Of a DNA stretch of 64,000 bases, positions 48,231 to 60,663 are shown in pieces. The stretch is from Phallusia mammillata (taxonomy: Eukaryota). How positions within the stretch are numbered: position 1 is the first letter of the stretch; each line of letters starts with the position of its first letter. The stretch spans positions 19,530,001-19,594,000 of the forward strand of contig OZ281497.1 in assembly GCA_965637545.1 (NCBI GenBank), in the 5' to 3' direction. Below the pieces are notes generated by a model that saw nothing but the letters and a program-made list of their open reading frames with translations, was not told the origin of the DNA and searched no databases. Made by a program: the position numbers and the translations under genes.

Positions 48231-48346
48231 CGTAAAGGTTCGAACTAGCTGGTTTCCTGTGGAAAATAGAGGTTGGTTAGTTTCTTTACTTTATTACAGC
48301 AAGTTGCACACTAAAATTTAGTCGTGGACAACTAAACTATCATTTT

Positions 48347-48930
48347 CCCAAAGTAACCACCAGTGGTTAGTTGTGGTCACCAAAAAAGATACTAAAGTAA
48401 CCACCAATGGTTAGTTGTGGTCAACAAAAAATCCCAAAGTAACCACCAATGGTTAGTTATGGTCACAGAAAAACCTAAAGTAACCACCAATGGTTAGATG
48501 TGGTCACCAAAATATCCAAAATAACCACCAATGGTTAGATGTGGTATCTAAAAAACCCAAAATAACCACCAATGGTTAGATGTGGTATCTAAAAAACCCA
48601 AAGTAACCACCAATGGTTAGACGTGGTCACAGAAAAACCCAAAGTAACCACCAATGGTTAGTTGAGGTGACTAAAAATCCTAAAATAACCACCAATGGTT
48701 AGTTGTGGTTACCAAAAATCCCAAAATAACCACCAATTGTTAGTTGTGATCACCAAAAGTCCCAAAATAACCACCAATGGTTAGTTGTGGTGAACAGAAA
48801 GTCCCAAAATAACCACCAATTGTTAGTTGTGGTCACCAAAAATCCCAAAATAACCACCAACGGTTAGATGTGGTCACCAAAAAAGACACCAAAGCGACCA
48901 CCAATGTTAAGTTGCGATCAATAAAAAATC
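48347..48930. repeat. 41-bp tandem repeat, about 14 copies, with a palindromic unit
   Basis: Consensus CCAAARTAACCACCAATGGTTAGWTGTGGTCACCAAAAATC; TAACCACC recurs every 41-44 bp from 48354. Confidence 0.97.
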
Positions 48931-49520
48931 CTTTGCCCTTTACGATTGGACCGGTTTAGAACACAGTTCAATCGTATTTAAGCTTAAGCCACTTGTGTTT
49001 TCTATAAATTATAAAACTGTTCTTCGTTCATCTGGTACACGAATGGTTGAACTTCTATCAAATCGTACATGATTAGTTGTTCATCTTCTTCAGTGCGATT
49101 TGCACCTCACGTTATTTAAGCCTTAACTCACAAACATTCCCACACAAACATACTTGTGGAACCGCCATCGTCCTGCGCGCCCCTATAATGCCGCCGCAAC
49201 TAGATCACAAACAAAAACAAGAAAAAACACAGCTTCTGAGCTCGCTATCTATCTGACTTCTCCGCAACATTTAGCCTATGAATAGTAAAATGTGAGGCTG
49301 CCGCGCCTGGCAGTGTAAACTTCACCAAAAGTAAAGTTATGAAACAAACAGAGCTTTTAAGTGGGTTTATAAGGCCGAGTCAACAAGGAATGCGAGATTT
49401 CGGTAATTATTATATTATAACATTACTATTAAACTATATTAACATTACTAGGGAATATTATAACATTACTATTAAAAAATAAAACGTATGCAGACTGCAT
49501 ATGAAATAAAAATGATTAAA

Positions 49521-49595
49521 ACCTGTGGAAAAATGCACCTGCAAAAAAGTACCTGTGGAAAAATGTACCTGCAAAAAAGTACCTGTGGAAAAAAT
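49521..49595. repeat. 30-bp tandem repeat, 2.5 copies
   Basis: ACCTGTGGAAAAATGYACCTGCAAAAAAGT at 49521, 49551 and (partial) 49581. Confidence 0.9.
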
Positions 49596-51659
49596 ACACG
49601 AGTTGCTAGAACCGCTGGGTGGCAGGCTTTGCCACAAGAACAAAGAACATTGTGTGCATCTGCATGACATCGCAACCCAGCCGCAGTCCAGGGTCTTCTT
49701 ATGGAAGAATAAACTGCGAGTGGATCGTTCAGCCAATACAGATGCACGGCACTGATGGAACAGTGCGACACCAAGCGACAGATCCCTACATTACAATGCG
49801 CTCAAGCTTATGGCAAAAAGGGAAGACACGGAAAAGCCACGTGTACAAACAACAACATCATCATCTTCAAAGACGGAATGAAAAAATCATCATCAAAGAC
49901 GGACCCTCCCGAATTCTGACATGTTTAGGGGGAATTGAAAACAGCCTTACGGTATTTTTAGCCGGCGTGCTCGCAAACCTTTCCTCTCCAGCCCAAAAAT
50001 GAGGGGAGACTGAGGCCGCCTGCACCGGTACCCATATCCGGTGGAATTTTGACTCCTGGGGATCAAACTCCGGTGGAATTTGACCACCAGCGGGCCTGGG
50101 TGGGTGACGGCGACGTGTTCTAGCCTTAGGTTTTAACGCTAACGTTTACCGCGCCGCGCCTAACTAAACCCATAACTAAGAGGGAATGCGGCGCGCGAAC
50201 CCATAAAAACCCTAGCCTAACTATTCTAACCTTAGTTATCGATGCTACAACTTCAACTTAATTGCGACTTAATTTGTAGCACCAAAAAAACAAAAATAAC
50301 TTGGGCCTCCAATCCGCTGGACCTGACAATGACGAATGGAGGTCCAGCGCAAGTTAGCATAGAGTTATTGGCCTGGGTGAAAATCTCGCATTCAATGTTG
50401 ACTATAACGCAGCAGTCTCCTATTAATAACTGACAGCTGTAATTTTGAAGTTGAATATAAGATGAAGGTTTGAAGACGATGAGTTGGGTCTGAAGAATCT
50501 GAAAAATAGAAAGTAGATTAAGACCAAAGGTTCGTTGTGTAAGCACAGATATCATCTGAGTAGGTTTGTTAAACATATGTAAACTACACTGTTATGTGAG
50601 TGTTTGTTTTTGTTATTAAATGAGCAGATAAAACAAACATAGACAATGTGGTACAATGGATACGAGGTTCGGACAATAGTGATCATAGTATGTGACAAGT
50701 AATTTATAATGGGCTGTTCAATGTTACACCGAAAAAAGGCAAATTGAAGCAATAAATTGGAGAAAGCCAAGTTTGAATTATAATACAGTGTTTTAACTTT
50801 GCAAGGTCGACGCACATAACTGAATTTCTTTCTCACCTTGAAGCTTGTATAGAAGTTTCGAGGTTAATCTTGTTCGAACGAACAGCAACAAAATCCTCTT
50901 CGCCTGCACAAAACATATCAGTTATTATCAGAAACGCCATTAGATAAATGTTTATGTTAAACGCTAAAATCTCAAAAACTGTCACATGTAATTCGCTGTT
51001 AGGTTCAGTTGCTTTGCCGTAAGCAGAACTACCGCTCTTAATTTCTAATACTGATAATATGCAGTTAAGAAAAAGCTTGTTTTTGAGTTTGTGAAGGAGA
51101 TACCCATTGATTACAGTAACACGAATCCAATCTCGTTTAAATCTTACTTTCAGCCTCAAGAATCGTCGTCATGGGAACAGAAAAGCCGCGCTACGTCATG
51201 TCACGTGTTCTGCTCTATCCATTTCATCACAGCGACCTGAAAAAGACAATAAGAGTTCAATAAATAAAGCATGACAAAATAAGAATTAAACGTTGGATTT
51301 CGAGATAACCAGTTTTAAAGTATGTCATTCCATTCGCTTTAATGCTTGCTTACAAATGCAAAAAGTGCTAACAATTGCAAAAGTTTATTACAGCATCTCA
51401 CAGTGTCGTTTGATAACCTGTTAAGTGACCGCTGAAGTGTTAATTGCACAAACCTGTTTTTATTGTCGCTGCATCACAGGAGGCTGGTTGAGGCGATGAA
51501 GGATTAAGTTAATGTTGTTCAGCTCCTGAAGCAGAGTTTCCGATGAGAACATAGCTCCATCTAGTGACAAAAATACTTATTGAACTGAAAGTTAGTTGCA
51601 GTGTGAATTCTGCACAGCCGAATTTATCAAAGTATGGTGGAATGTGACATAGTCTAGCT

Positions 51660-52365
51660 CAGTGATTTTCAACCGGTGTTCCGCGGAACACCGGTGTTCC
51701 GTGAAAGATCATCAGGTGTTCCGCGAGAAATTTGCTGGTTTCAATATAGGATTCTAATGTTTTAGACTTCTATGGTTTGACTAATGTTTCATGTCTAACA
51801 CCGGTCTAAAATCACTGGTTTAACACAGCTGGCGGAAATGGCTTTTATTTTATGAAAGTATTTATCCACCAACACCAGTTTGAGTGCTATGTAGTGATTG
51901 GCTTCATTTATTGTTGTGTAATAATAAGACCCGTTCTCTAATGATAACATAGCTAAATTGCGACTAAACTGCTGACGGTTAGTGCAATTTAGCTGGGTAA
52001 GCTTCAAGAATAATATACCCTTTAAACCCTGTCTCAGCCTAAACGAGTTTCAACCAGTTTTTTGACGCTCAGCAAAATTGTTTGCTCGAAAAACGATGAA
52101 TCAAGAAACAGCCAGTGCGGGGCGTGTATTGTATTTAAGTACAATACTAGTTTTATTTTCGTTTTCATAAAACCTCCCCTCAACTTCAATAGCTTTATAG
52201 GAGCATTTTCATCCGTTTCCGTGATTTGCGATTTAGCGGTTCCCGCGATTTAGCGTTTTAGTGTCAGAGCCTGGTTGTTTTATTGCATCAAATTTCGTTT
52301 GGTGTTCCGCAAAATTATTTTAATGCATAAAGTGTTCGTGGCTTAAAAAAGGTTGAAAAACACTG
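51660..52365. mobile_element. hAT-type MITE
   Basis: TIR CAGTGATTTTCAACC / GGTTGAAAAACACTG; 8-bp TSD GTCTAGCT / GCCTAGCT; GTGTTCCG subterminal motifs. Confidence 0.92.
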
Positions 52366-52715
52366 GCCTAGCTGTCCATTGTGCGCAAAATAAGTTAATA
52401 TCATCAGGTATTTTAAATAATCTAATCGGTGCGCAAAATCAATGTAACAAAAACCTCCAATTGTCTCTCCACCAATTGTGTCCTTAACTTTATAACGTCA
52501 TTACGTTGCGCAGCTATCCCCGGCTTGGTGAATGTTTTAGTGCAATTGTGTTACTGCGATTGTTTTTCCGAGCGAAATGAACTTAACTCAATCCCTATTT
52601 TTAATGTTTTGAATCTTTTTGGTTCAACGTAATAAGTTCCTTTGCATACACAGTCGGCTTATAAAGTAATCATGTGCTGGGAAAGGCGACAGTAAAAAGG
52701 ACAGGAGCTGCAAAG

Positions 52716-53137
52716 CAGAGTTGCAAGCGGGCCCGAAATCTGAGCCCGAACCCGGCCCGAACCCGGCCCGAACCCGGCCCGAACCCGAAAGTATGAGCCC
52801 GAAGCCCGGCCCGAACCCGAAACGTTTTTGCGAAGCCCGTTTAGGCCCGAAATTTTGATTGACAGGATGAGAAAGAAAAAAGAGATAGACAACAAATACA
52901 ATGATCAATAGTAGACCATGGGGTAAACAATACGTTTTAGAGTAGAGTGGGCATTAGGTCAAAGCCAGAGTTTCTTAGCCGAGTGATTTTATTTTGTTTT
53001 TTTAAATGGCGGACACGGAACGTAAAGTCAGGCCCGTTTTAAGCCCGTTTTCTCACAAATACCTAAGCCCGAACCCGGCCCGAACCCGGCCCGAACCCGA
53101 ACCCGGCCCGAAAAGCCCGGCCCGACTTGCAACTCTG
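52716..53137. mobile_element. hAT-type MITE with GCCCGAACCCG subterminal arrays
   Basis: TIR CAGAGTTGCAAG / CTTGCAACTCTG; perfect 8-bp TSD CTGCAAAG. Confidence 0.95.
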
Positions 53138-53429
53138 CTGCAAAGTACGTAATAACTCACCAATCCAAGTTTCCATATATTGGATGAGGTAACTGTGACG
53201 AACAAACACAGACATGTTCCCATGACAACAGGTGATGACTTCACTGCCGTTGGGCGTCCGTCTGTGAAAAATAAATTCGATTTTATAAATTCTGTCCAAG
53301 TTTGGAAACTTGCATCAGGGATACTTACATTTAAGTTGGATGCACAACTTTGGTTAAAGCAGAATGCCACAACGACAAGTTATTACGAACACAGAAATAA
53401 AAACAAGTGAGGGGTTGGTATGTTTTAGT

Positions 53430-53790
53430 CCAGCCGTCGCTGGTGGTTCGTAAAAAGGCCATTTTGCAACAACGTATGAATAAGCACTTTTTAAAACTGT
53501 TACTATTTCGTCAACAGTTGCTGCGATTTAAAAACTATTGCCAACCGTCGCTGGTTAATAAAGGGACGTTTTCATAATATAACAACAAATGAGCATTTTA
53601 AAACTGCAAAATTCGCATTATAACATAACCACACGCATTTGGGGATTTCATTTATCGCCAGCAGTCGCTGCGTTTTAAAAATTACCTCCAGTCGCTGCTG
53701 GGTTTAGAAAGGGAAATTTGCACAAAAAATGACAAAAAAAGCATTTTTGTTTTAGGTCCATAACTTTATCGTCAGCAATGGCTGCGTTAA
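53430..53790. repeat. Old degenerate tandem repeat, about 3 units of 110-150 bp
   Basis: Recurrent ccgtcgctgg...aagg...agcatttt...cgtcarcagtygctgcg blocks. Confidence 0.6.
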
Positions 53791-56693
53791 ATAACATGCT
53801 TTCGTGATAAATACAGAAAAACTGACAATAAAACAACCCAAGGTTACCTTGTTATCTAAATGTTTAATATTTGAAATATTTGATGAAAACTATATTTTTG
53901 TCCCTGTTTACACTCCATTGCTGTTCTATTTTCTGTCTGAGATTAAATAAACTGAACTGTATCAAGCTTGCACAAACAGATCAACTTTCCCGAATACCGT
54001 CCGCATTACGAGACCGTGCACAGCGCTGCAACACGAATACGCAGGTGCTACGTTGAACAACCAGATGTTGGGGGTTGGGGGGGATTTGCGCAAGTTAACG
54101 TGCAGAGGGGAATTCCCTACCACCGGAACCGGAAACTGGTTTCAGCGAACGAGAATTTTCACGCAACACCAAAATCAATCAACGACACAAACTGCTCAAT
54201 ATTCAGAAAATATCTACTGTTTGTGCATCTCCTTGCTATAAGCTTCTGTTTAACGTTAAAGATTGGCTGGTTGCTGATTAATATCTTGCAAAATCAATAC
54301 TCAAATCTGACTTTAGAAAAGTACAAAAACACTGAAACTTTAGCTACATCACCTAATTAACCTTCACTAAAGCTTGTGATTGCTAAATAAAAACTTGCAG
54401 AACCGCCGCGTACAATGAACACATTTTTTCCTGCGCAGAAAGTCCAAGGCCATTGCGTATAATGTTGATACGTATGCAGTAGCCATCCACAACTTAAATG
54501 TCCGTTGTGTTTTGGGGTAAATATTGTGACTTTCTGGAGTCCATGTCCATTGCGTATATTGCTTCAGGCACAACAGACTGTCCATGGTGTTTTGAAACGG
54601 TGATTGTGTGACTTTGCAAGCCCAAGTCCAAGTCCCTTGTGTGACAATGGTTTTCAATGTCCATTTGAAACGAAGATGTAATTTTGTAGGTCAGAGTTCA
54701 TTGTATAAGTCGCTCATACGCGTACGTCATCAACATCTCAATTGTCGGTTGTGGTTTGTACGTCTGAGACCGGATCTGGTGCTTTATTGTAGAAAGAGGC
54801 GAGCGTATTCTGTTGACAAGTAGCAAAATATTGTTGCATGATTCATACATATCAAACCAGTAAGTTCAAACCAGTAAGTATGGTGGAAACCAGTAAGTTA
54901 ACTCGCAAAAATTCTTTAAACGCAAGAAATGGATTTTAAATCAGTTTAATAAAACTGTTTTTTTAATTACTGGAACCCATGATAATGCAAACGCCAACTA
55001 ACTTCACATGAGATACACTACGTCACCGTTACATAACTTTTGGTTACCAAAAAATTGGCCGAATTTAAATGACCGCACAGTGCACCATACTTGACGCTGT
55101 TTTAAATTAAGCAGGCGTGACATTTTGCAATACACAGATTCCCTAGAGGCGCTGCAACAACACGCGGATACGCAAGTAAAATACGTAGCCGAATCTGATT
55201 GGCTGTTTAACACGGAAGCACACAAAAATCTCGCAATCAGCCAGGAACTCGAAATACTTGGCAATCAGCGCTTTTGTTAAATGAGCGAATACCTTCGGTG
55301 ATTGGTTTATTTCGTCACGTGGCATTGCCGAGCATACAAATTACAAAGTATTGCTACGTCATTTATGTAACTCATGAAGAAATTGCGCAACAATTACTGG
55401 GACAAACATGCGTTACGGGTCCAGATAAAATACGTTTTAGCATGGAAAACGTTTTGCAACTAAGGCATTTAATGTTTAACCGCATTATGAAAATAAAACA
55501 CGTCCCAAGTTGGACATACAAACACAATTGCTAATCTTCAAGTTATGTGGCCAAGTTGAACACAATATTATTACAACATTATACTTCAAACAAAGTAACA
55601 CCGTGTTTTGGCACACGCTTAATTTTAAACCACAAGGATTAAACTTGCCACAACACAATATCTTAACAAGCCTATGCCACATTTTCAGGTACACACAAAT
55701 TTTACGCATTTGCAGTATTAGGATTATACGCCCTAATGTTATATACAACAATTTTATGCACATAACCATATTAAAGCTTTGCTAAGAACGTGTTTTAGTT
55801 TTAAAGGATAATTATTGAATCAGTTAACATGCGGTACATTATAACTGATCAAAAAACAAAAGCAGTCCGTTATTTCAGACGCTTTGACCAACAATCTGGT
55901 TCAACATGTCATAATACATTTCGCTTAGAAACGTATATTTGTTTTCGACAAACTTAACATAAATCATAATAATTGTTGAATCGCCTAATAAGCAGTACAT
56001 TATAAATAGTCAAAACAATATTAACACTTAGTTATTTCAGACGCTCTCACTTAGTTATTTCAGAGACTCATTGTGAAGTAATGAGGTTCCAAACATCATT
56101 ACATTACACATAATCTCACCTTTATGACAACGTCATTGCAAATGGAGAAAAATGACCGCCTTGTCGTTTGCCTCGATTTTTGTGTTGGTCTACTTAAACT
56201 TGAAAGTCTGCATTTATAATTTGCATTATATCAAATCTCTTAGTATTAAAACTCTAGAAAACTGAATTCACTATGTGGGCTACTATACAAACGCGCAAGG
56301 CAAGATTCAAAATCAAAACTAACGCGATCAACAACGAAAACATTTAAAAAACATAACTTACCTAAAATTGTACACAGCATACGGTGCAGGTCGAATAATG
56401 TAATTACTTCATCAGCATTTAAGATTGTTGAACACTGTGCAGCCTCAAAACCAGCAGTATTCTTACACCAGCATGATCTGAAACCATTCAAGTAACTGTG
56501 GATTAACATTCAGGCTTTCTTCTCCCTGAGAGCTGCCAGCGACAAAATTGCAACAACGCTGGATTGCTTGGAACGCAAAAAGCAAGTTTATCAGCGAAAA
56601 GCGCCGATCGCCTCAAAACTACGCCGATCAGGGACTCACAACGTGGCATTGTTCCGTCACAGAGCAACTGTATTGTAGAACGTTGTTCTAGTT

Positions 56694-57251
56694 CAGGGGC
56701 GGGCAACATACGGCCCGCGGGCCGGATCCGGCCCGCGACGGGATTTTGAGCGGCCCGCTGACAGTTTCTGGTCTTACATGATAATGTGGCCCGCGGCCAC
56801 AGTCTGCCCCAATCCCCCACTACTTGCTTACTACGTCAAATTATTGTTGTGACGGACAGCAACGCTCCCCAATAGCAAAAAATTTTCCCGCCGTTGTTAC
56901 CATTGCACCATACATCCATTGTTACGACATAACTGCCAACCTTGTGTGTGACCTGCTTTAACGGTTTCCTTTGTTTCCACACGTGTAGCCTAGTTAGTGT
57001 TTCAGCAGTATCTAAGTCTGTTGTGTATGCATTAAATTTGCTGTGGTGAATAATTTTATGTTATATCAGTTAGATTGTTTGGACTGTATTGTAATTGTGA
57101 CGTTCTTGATTGTATTTGGTTTAGGTGGTCAAAAATGCGTTTTAAATCACTGGATAAATGCGCGATTAATGTATCGATTCAGGAATCCGGCCCGCCAAGT
57201 ACTTCATTTTCCCATATCAGGCCCGCCGACTGGAGAAGTTGCCCGCCCCTG
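56694..57251. mobile_element. hAT-type MITE
   Basis: TIR CAGGGGCGGGCAAC / GTTGCCCGCCCCTG; perfect TSD TTCTAGTT; GGCCCGC motifs. Confidence 0.95.
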
Positions 57252-57571
57252 TTCTAGTTTAATGCTCAACTTGTCTAAATCTTAATGAATACTGTAACAC
57301 ACTCAATTACTTAGCAAAACATAACTGTTTGATTTCAAATGTAATTAAATTGTGAAGTTTACACCATAACCTAATTGTTGCGCCGCCCATCAATTATGCA
57401 AATTATCGTAGATTAGCCAAAAAAGAAACTTATAGTTCTAAAATCATTTTTTAATGGAACGAAATCTTTACATTTATTGATGATTGTGTGTTACAGGCAA
57501 GATAAAAAAGGAATAAAAATACTTGTCAGAAGAGCTCTATGAACTTGATATTATGCCTTCGAATAAATCTT

Positions 57572-57750
57572 TCAAAATTTTCGATTTTTAAAACCCGCTT
57601 GGAAGCTCGGTAGGAGGCGGAAATCAGTCAAAACCAGTTTAAACCTGGAAAATTCCGGCGAAAACTCACCGAAAACCGATTTTTTTTTCGATTTTTTGAC
57701 CCCAAGACCGGTTTCATTCTCCTTCCGAACTACCAAACCGGTTTAAACCG
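57572..57750 (-). repeat. Dispersed diverged copy of the 43.8-44.9 kb satellite unit, inverted, followed by a forward fragment
   Basis: tcaaaattttcgattt...cggtaggaggcggaaa...ctggaaaattcc...ttcgattttttgacccc is the reverse complement of the unit. Confidence 0.8.
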
Positions 57751-60630
57751 CAATTGGACATACATAAGCTTGAGCAAAAAGTTAAGTTCTTGTTCAGTGA
57801 AAATACCTTTGTGTTATGCTTGCATTTTATTTTAAAACATTTTAAACACTGATCACAAATGTTAAACATTGACATTAAATAGTTAGCAAATGTGTTTTAG
57901 TAAATAATAAACATTGTAATATAAGTTATTACATAATGAACGCAAATACAAAAATTAGTGTGTACTATGGGCACTCGTGGATTTAACATAAAAAATACAA
58001 GTCAACTGTTAAAATTTTTGTGATTTCAAAATGTTGCCATGCAAATTTTGAATGAACTTCCTTTTTGTGAAACGTGACAAGCCGCTTTCCTGAACTACCG
58101 CTGTTTGTCACCCTAAACGTCACGGTCCTGTAATCTTGTCTGACGTAAATTGTTGATCGGTCTTCCGGGCAAGCTTAAAAGTCGGTTCACCATTTACGTT
58201 ATTGCTGAATGTTATGTGTTTTTGATGCGCATTCATAAGATCTTGGCAAATGTATCATTTTGTAACTAACATAAACATTAATGCATGCGACAATACATTA
58301 CAATTAATACAATACATGCGACAAAAAGAAAGAAAACAGTGCATTAACAACAATTCCGACTTTTTAACAACAATTCCAGGGATGCTAATTGACGATAAAT
58401 ATTAAGTCGTGTGATCATGTTTAGGCACAGTAACGTTTGGTGGGACAATTAGTTGGGTAGAAAAGTTGTAATATTCCTTTATGTACATCTCATCAAGAGC
58501 AAATATACTTTATTCACTAGAGACCAACAGTCATTTTCCGGTCAGCAAATTTGCAGTTTTGTACAACTTACAATAAAGTATGCGAATGGTCGTATCCTTT
58601 TGTGATGCCGACGGAAAAACAAACAGTTAAACTCTTTGTTGCAGAATATGGGCAAAAGGTCCCTTTTTATACATTATGCCGCAGTCTTGTTTGCCGAATT
58701 CACTTTAATGTCTACGAATCGGATTTATGAGAAACTTGCCTGACATCAAAAACCCTTTGAGGTATTAACAACTTAACTTGTGAAGTAATGAAGCCACCAG
58801 ATTAAAAATGGAAATGGATTAACACCTGACTCAATAACCAAATTCCGAAGACAATGTGATCTATGTATTTTGTTTAGTGGCAAGTACCCGTAATGAAGTC
58901 ACGAACGCAACGGACAAACAAATTCAACGAAATAATTTTAACTTTGAGTCACGAAATCGAGAAAGTCAACAAACCTCGCTGTAATGACCCGTAAACTTCC
59001 AAGCGAATCATGCCGCTTTGTTTTACACCTCCATAAAATGTGTTTGAAAGTTCAACGAACTCTCGGTCGATCGGTTGCTACGTGTGGTTTCGTCGCCTTT
59101 AGCTGCGTTGATCTGTCACTTAGCACGTACAGCAGATGGTTTGGCAGGAAACTAGCGTCCCAGGTGGGGAAAAATCCTGTTTAAGTGTTTGCGCAACATT
59201 TCATTGCCGGGAATTCAATGCATAGATTTTATAGTCACGATGAGGTGTCGGCTACATTGCTATGTCATGCGGTGGCCGGGTTGGAGAGAACTTCACCTCT
59301 ATAGATGTAGAGTTCCGTAGTTAGATCACGTCCACTTTAAATTTGCTTGATCATCGCCACCATTGTTATAATTTATTCAACATCAGCAATAGTTGTGCAA
59401 TATTTAAAATCATGTGATGTTAAGGCTCAAGTGTTAGGATTTAAGAAACGTGACACGTTATTTTACAATTATACCACGTTTAATGTGAGTAAATATGAAA
59501 TTAACGACAAAACATACGATTTTCGATTTCGTCTATTTTTGCTCCTAAATCTGCCATTAATGCACCCTTCGGTTTGCATTGGGCGTTAAATTTCGCCAAA
59601 CAAAGGATATTAGTAGCACTGAACACCAGTAAAGACTAACGAAAAATCGATTAATGTTTTTGTTTCTTGGCAAACAACCGTTTCGCATTAAAGGCGAATT
59701 TGGTATCTAGGCCAGTTGAAAGTGGTGAAGCACGGGCCGTGTGCAAAAGTAAAACTCTGGCAAATAGTTCTATTGTTAATCAAGAGGTCATCGCCCGAAC
59801 TACAGCATGTGACGTTTAACGGGCTTCACTAGGCAAAGTTCACAAAGCCTGGGTGATCCGCATCAGAGCGCATTAGACAAGGAGTGTGTCACTTGTTAAA
59901 GTTCTGTATGGGGACAGACTGACTGTCCAGTGACTATAGTATGTTTCCAGTGGCAGGGCTCGGGTCAATAGCAGAAAATAATAGGCAGTAGTGGACAAAT
60001 ATAAATTATTGTTACTAGTTTAAGGTTGTTTGAACGGACGTATGCAGCTGCTTGTCAAGCTCGGTCACTTAAATCAAAGGCTAAAGGCACGATTAGACTT
60101 GCTGTACAAAAAATATACCTTTCTCAAATTGTCTCGCTACTGGTACAATGTAGACATAGTATATTTAGTTTCGTTGTCTTGTTAAAAATGAGCGTATACT
60201 TGGAATCACGTGGAACGTTATTTGTGCGTATACGTCAGGCCGCGTTTTGTAAACAAGTCAACACCCAGCAGTAGCATGTAGCAGTGTTTATCTAACACAA
60301 CATTCAAATCACAAGCTTGTACCGCGACACTAATACAACAAAACCGTCGAGAAACTACTCGTCATTTTCACTCAAGTTGTGTAGTTTGTCTTGTACCAAC
60401 CCATAGCAGTAACGCGTCATGTACAGCTTCAAACGCAATGCGTCATCAGCTGTAAGAAGCTTTTCTCCTAACACTTGTGTTTGCTTGCTCAGACGCGGTC
60501 CTGCCTTTTTTGCCGTCCGGTCTACGCGAATGTGTATAGTAAACGGCCAGATTTTTTGGATTAGATTGTCAGCAGGCGTATGCAGGAAACAACAACCACC
60601 AGTTTGGTGTAGCACAGCTGAAAATAAACG

Positions 60631-60663
60631 ATGAACGCGACTGCAGCTCACAATATTACAGGG
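60631..60663 (+). CDS. SLC51A: OST-alpha exon 1
   Basis: MNATAAHNITG|gtaagt; in-frame TAA just upstream; two N-glycosylation sequons. Confidence 0.75.

Noticed and set aside
48347-48930. CRISPR-like array of palindromic repeats
   Set aside because: The linkers are short, A-rich and similar to each other rather than unique spacers. There are no cas genes and the context is eukaryotic.
51151-51231. C/D box snoRNA on the minus strand (GTGATGA ... CTGA, about 80 nt)
   Set aside because: No terminal stem or recognisable rRNA guide sequence. The flanking splice signals explain it better as an exon.
52624-53370. GPGSG-repeat ORFs
   Set aside because: They derive from the subterminal repeats of the 52716-53137 MITE.
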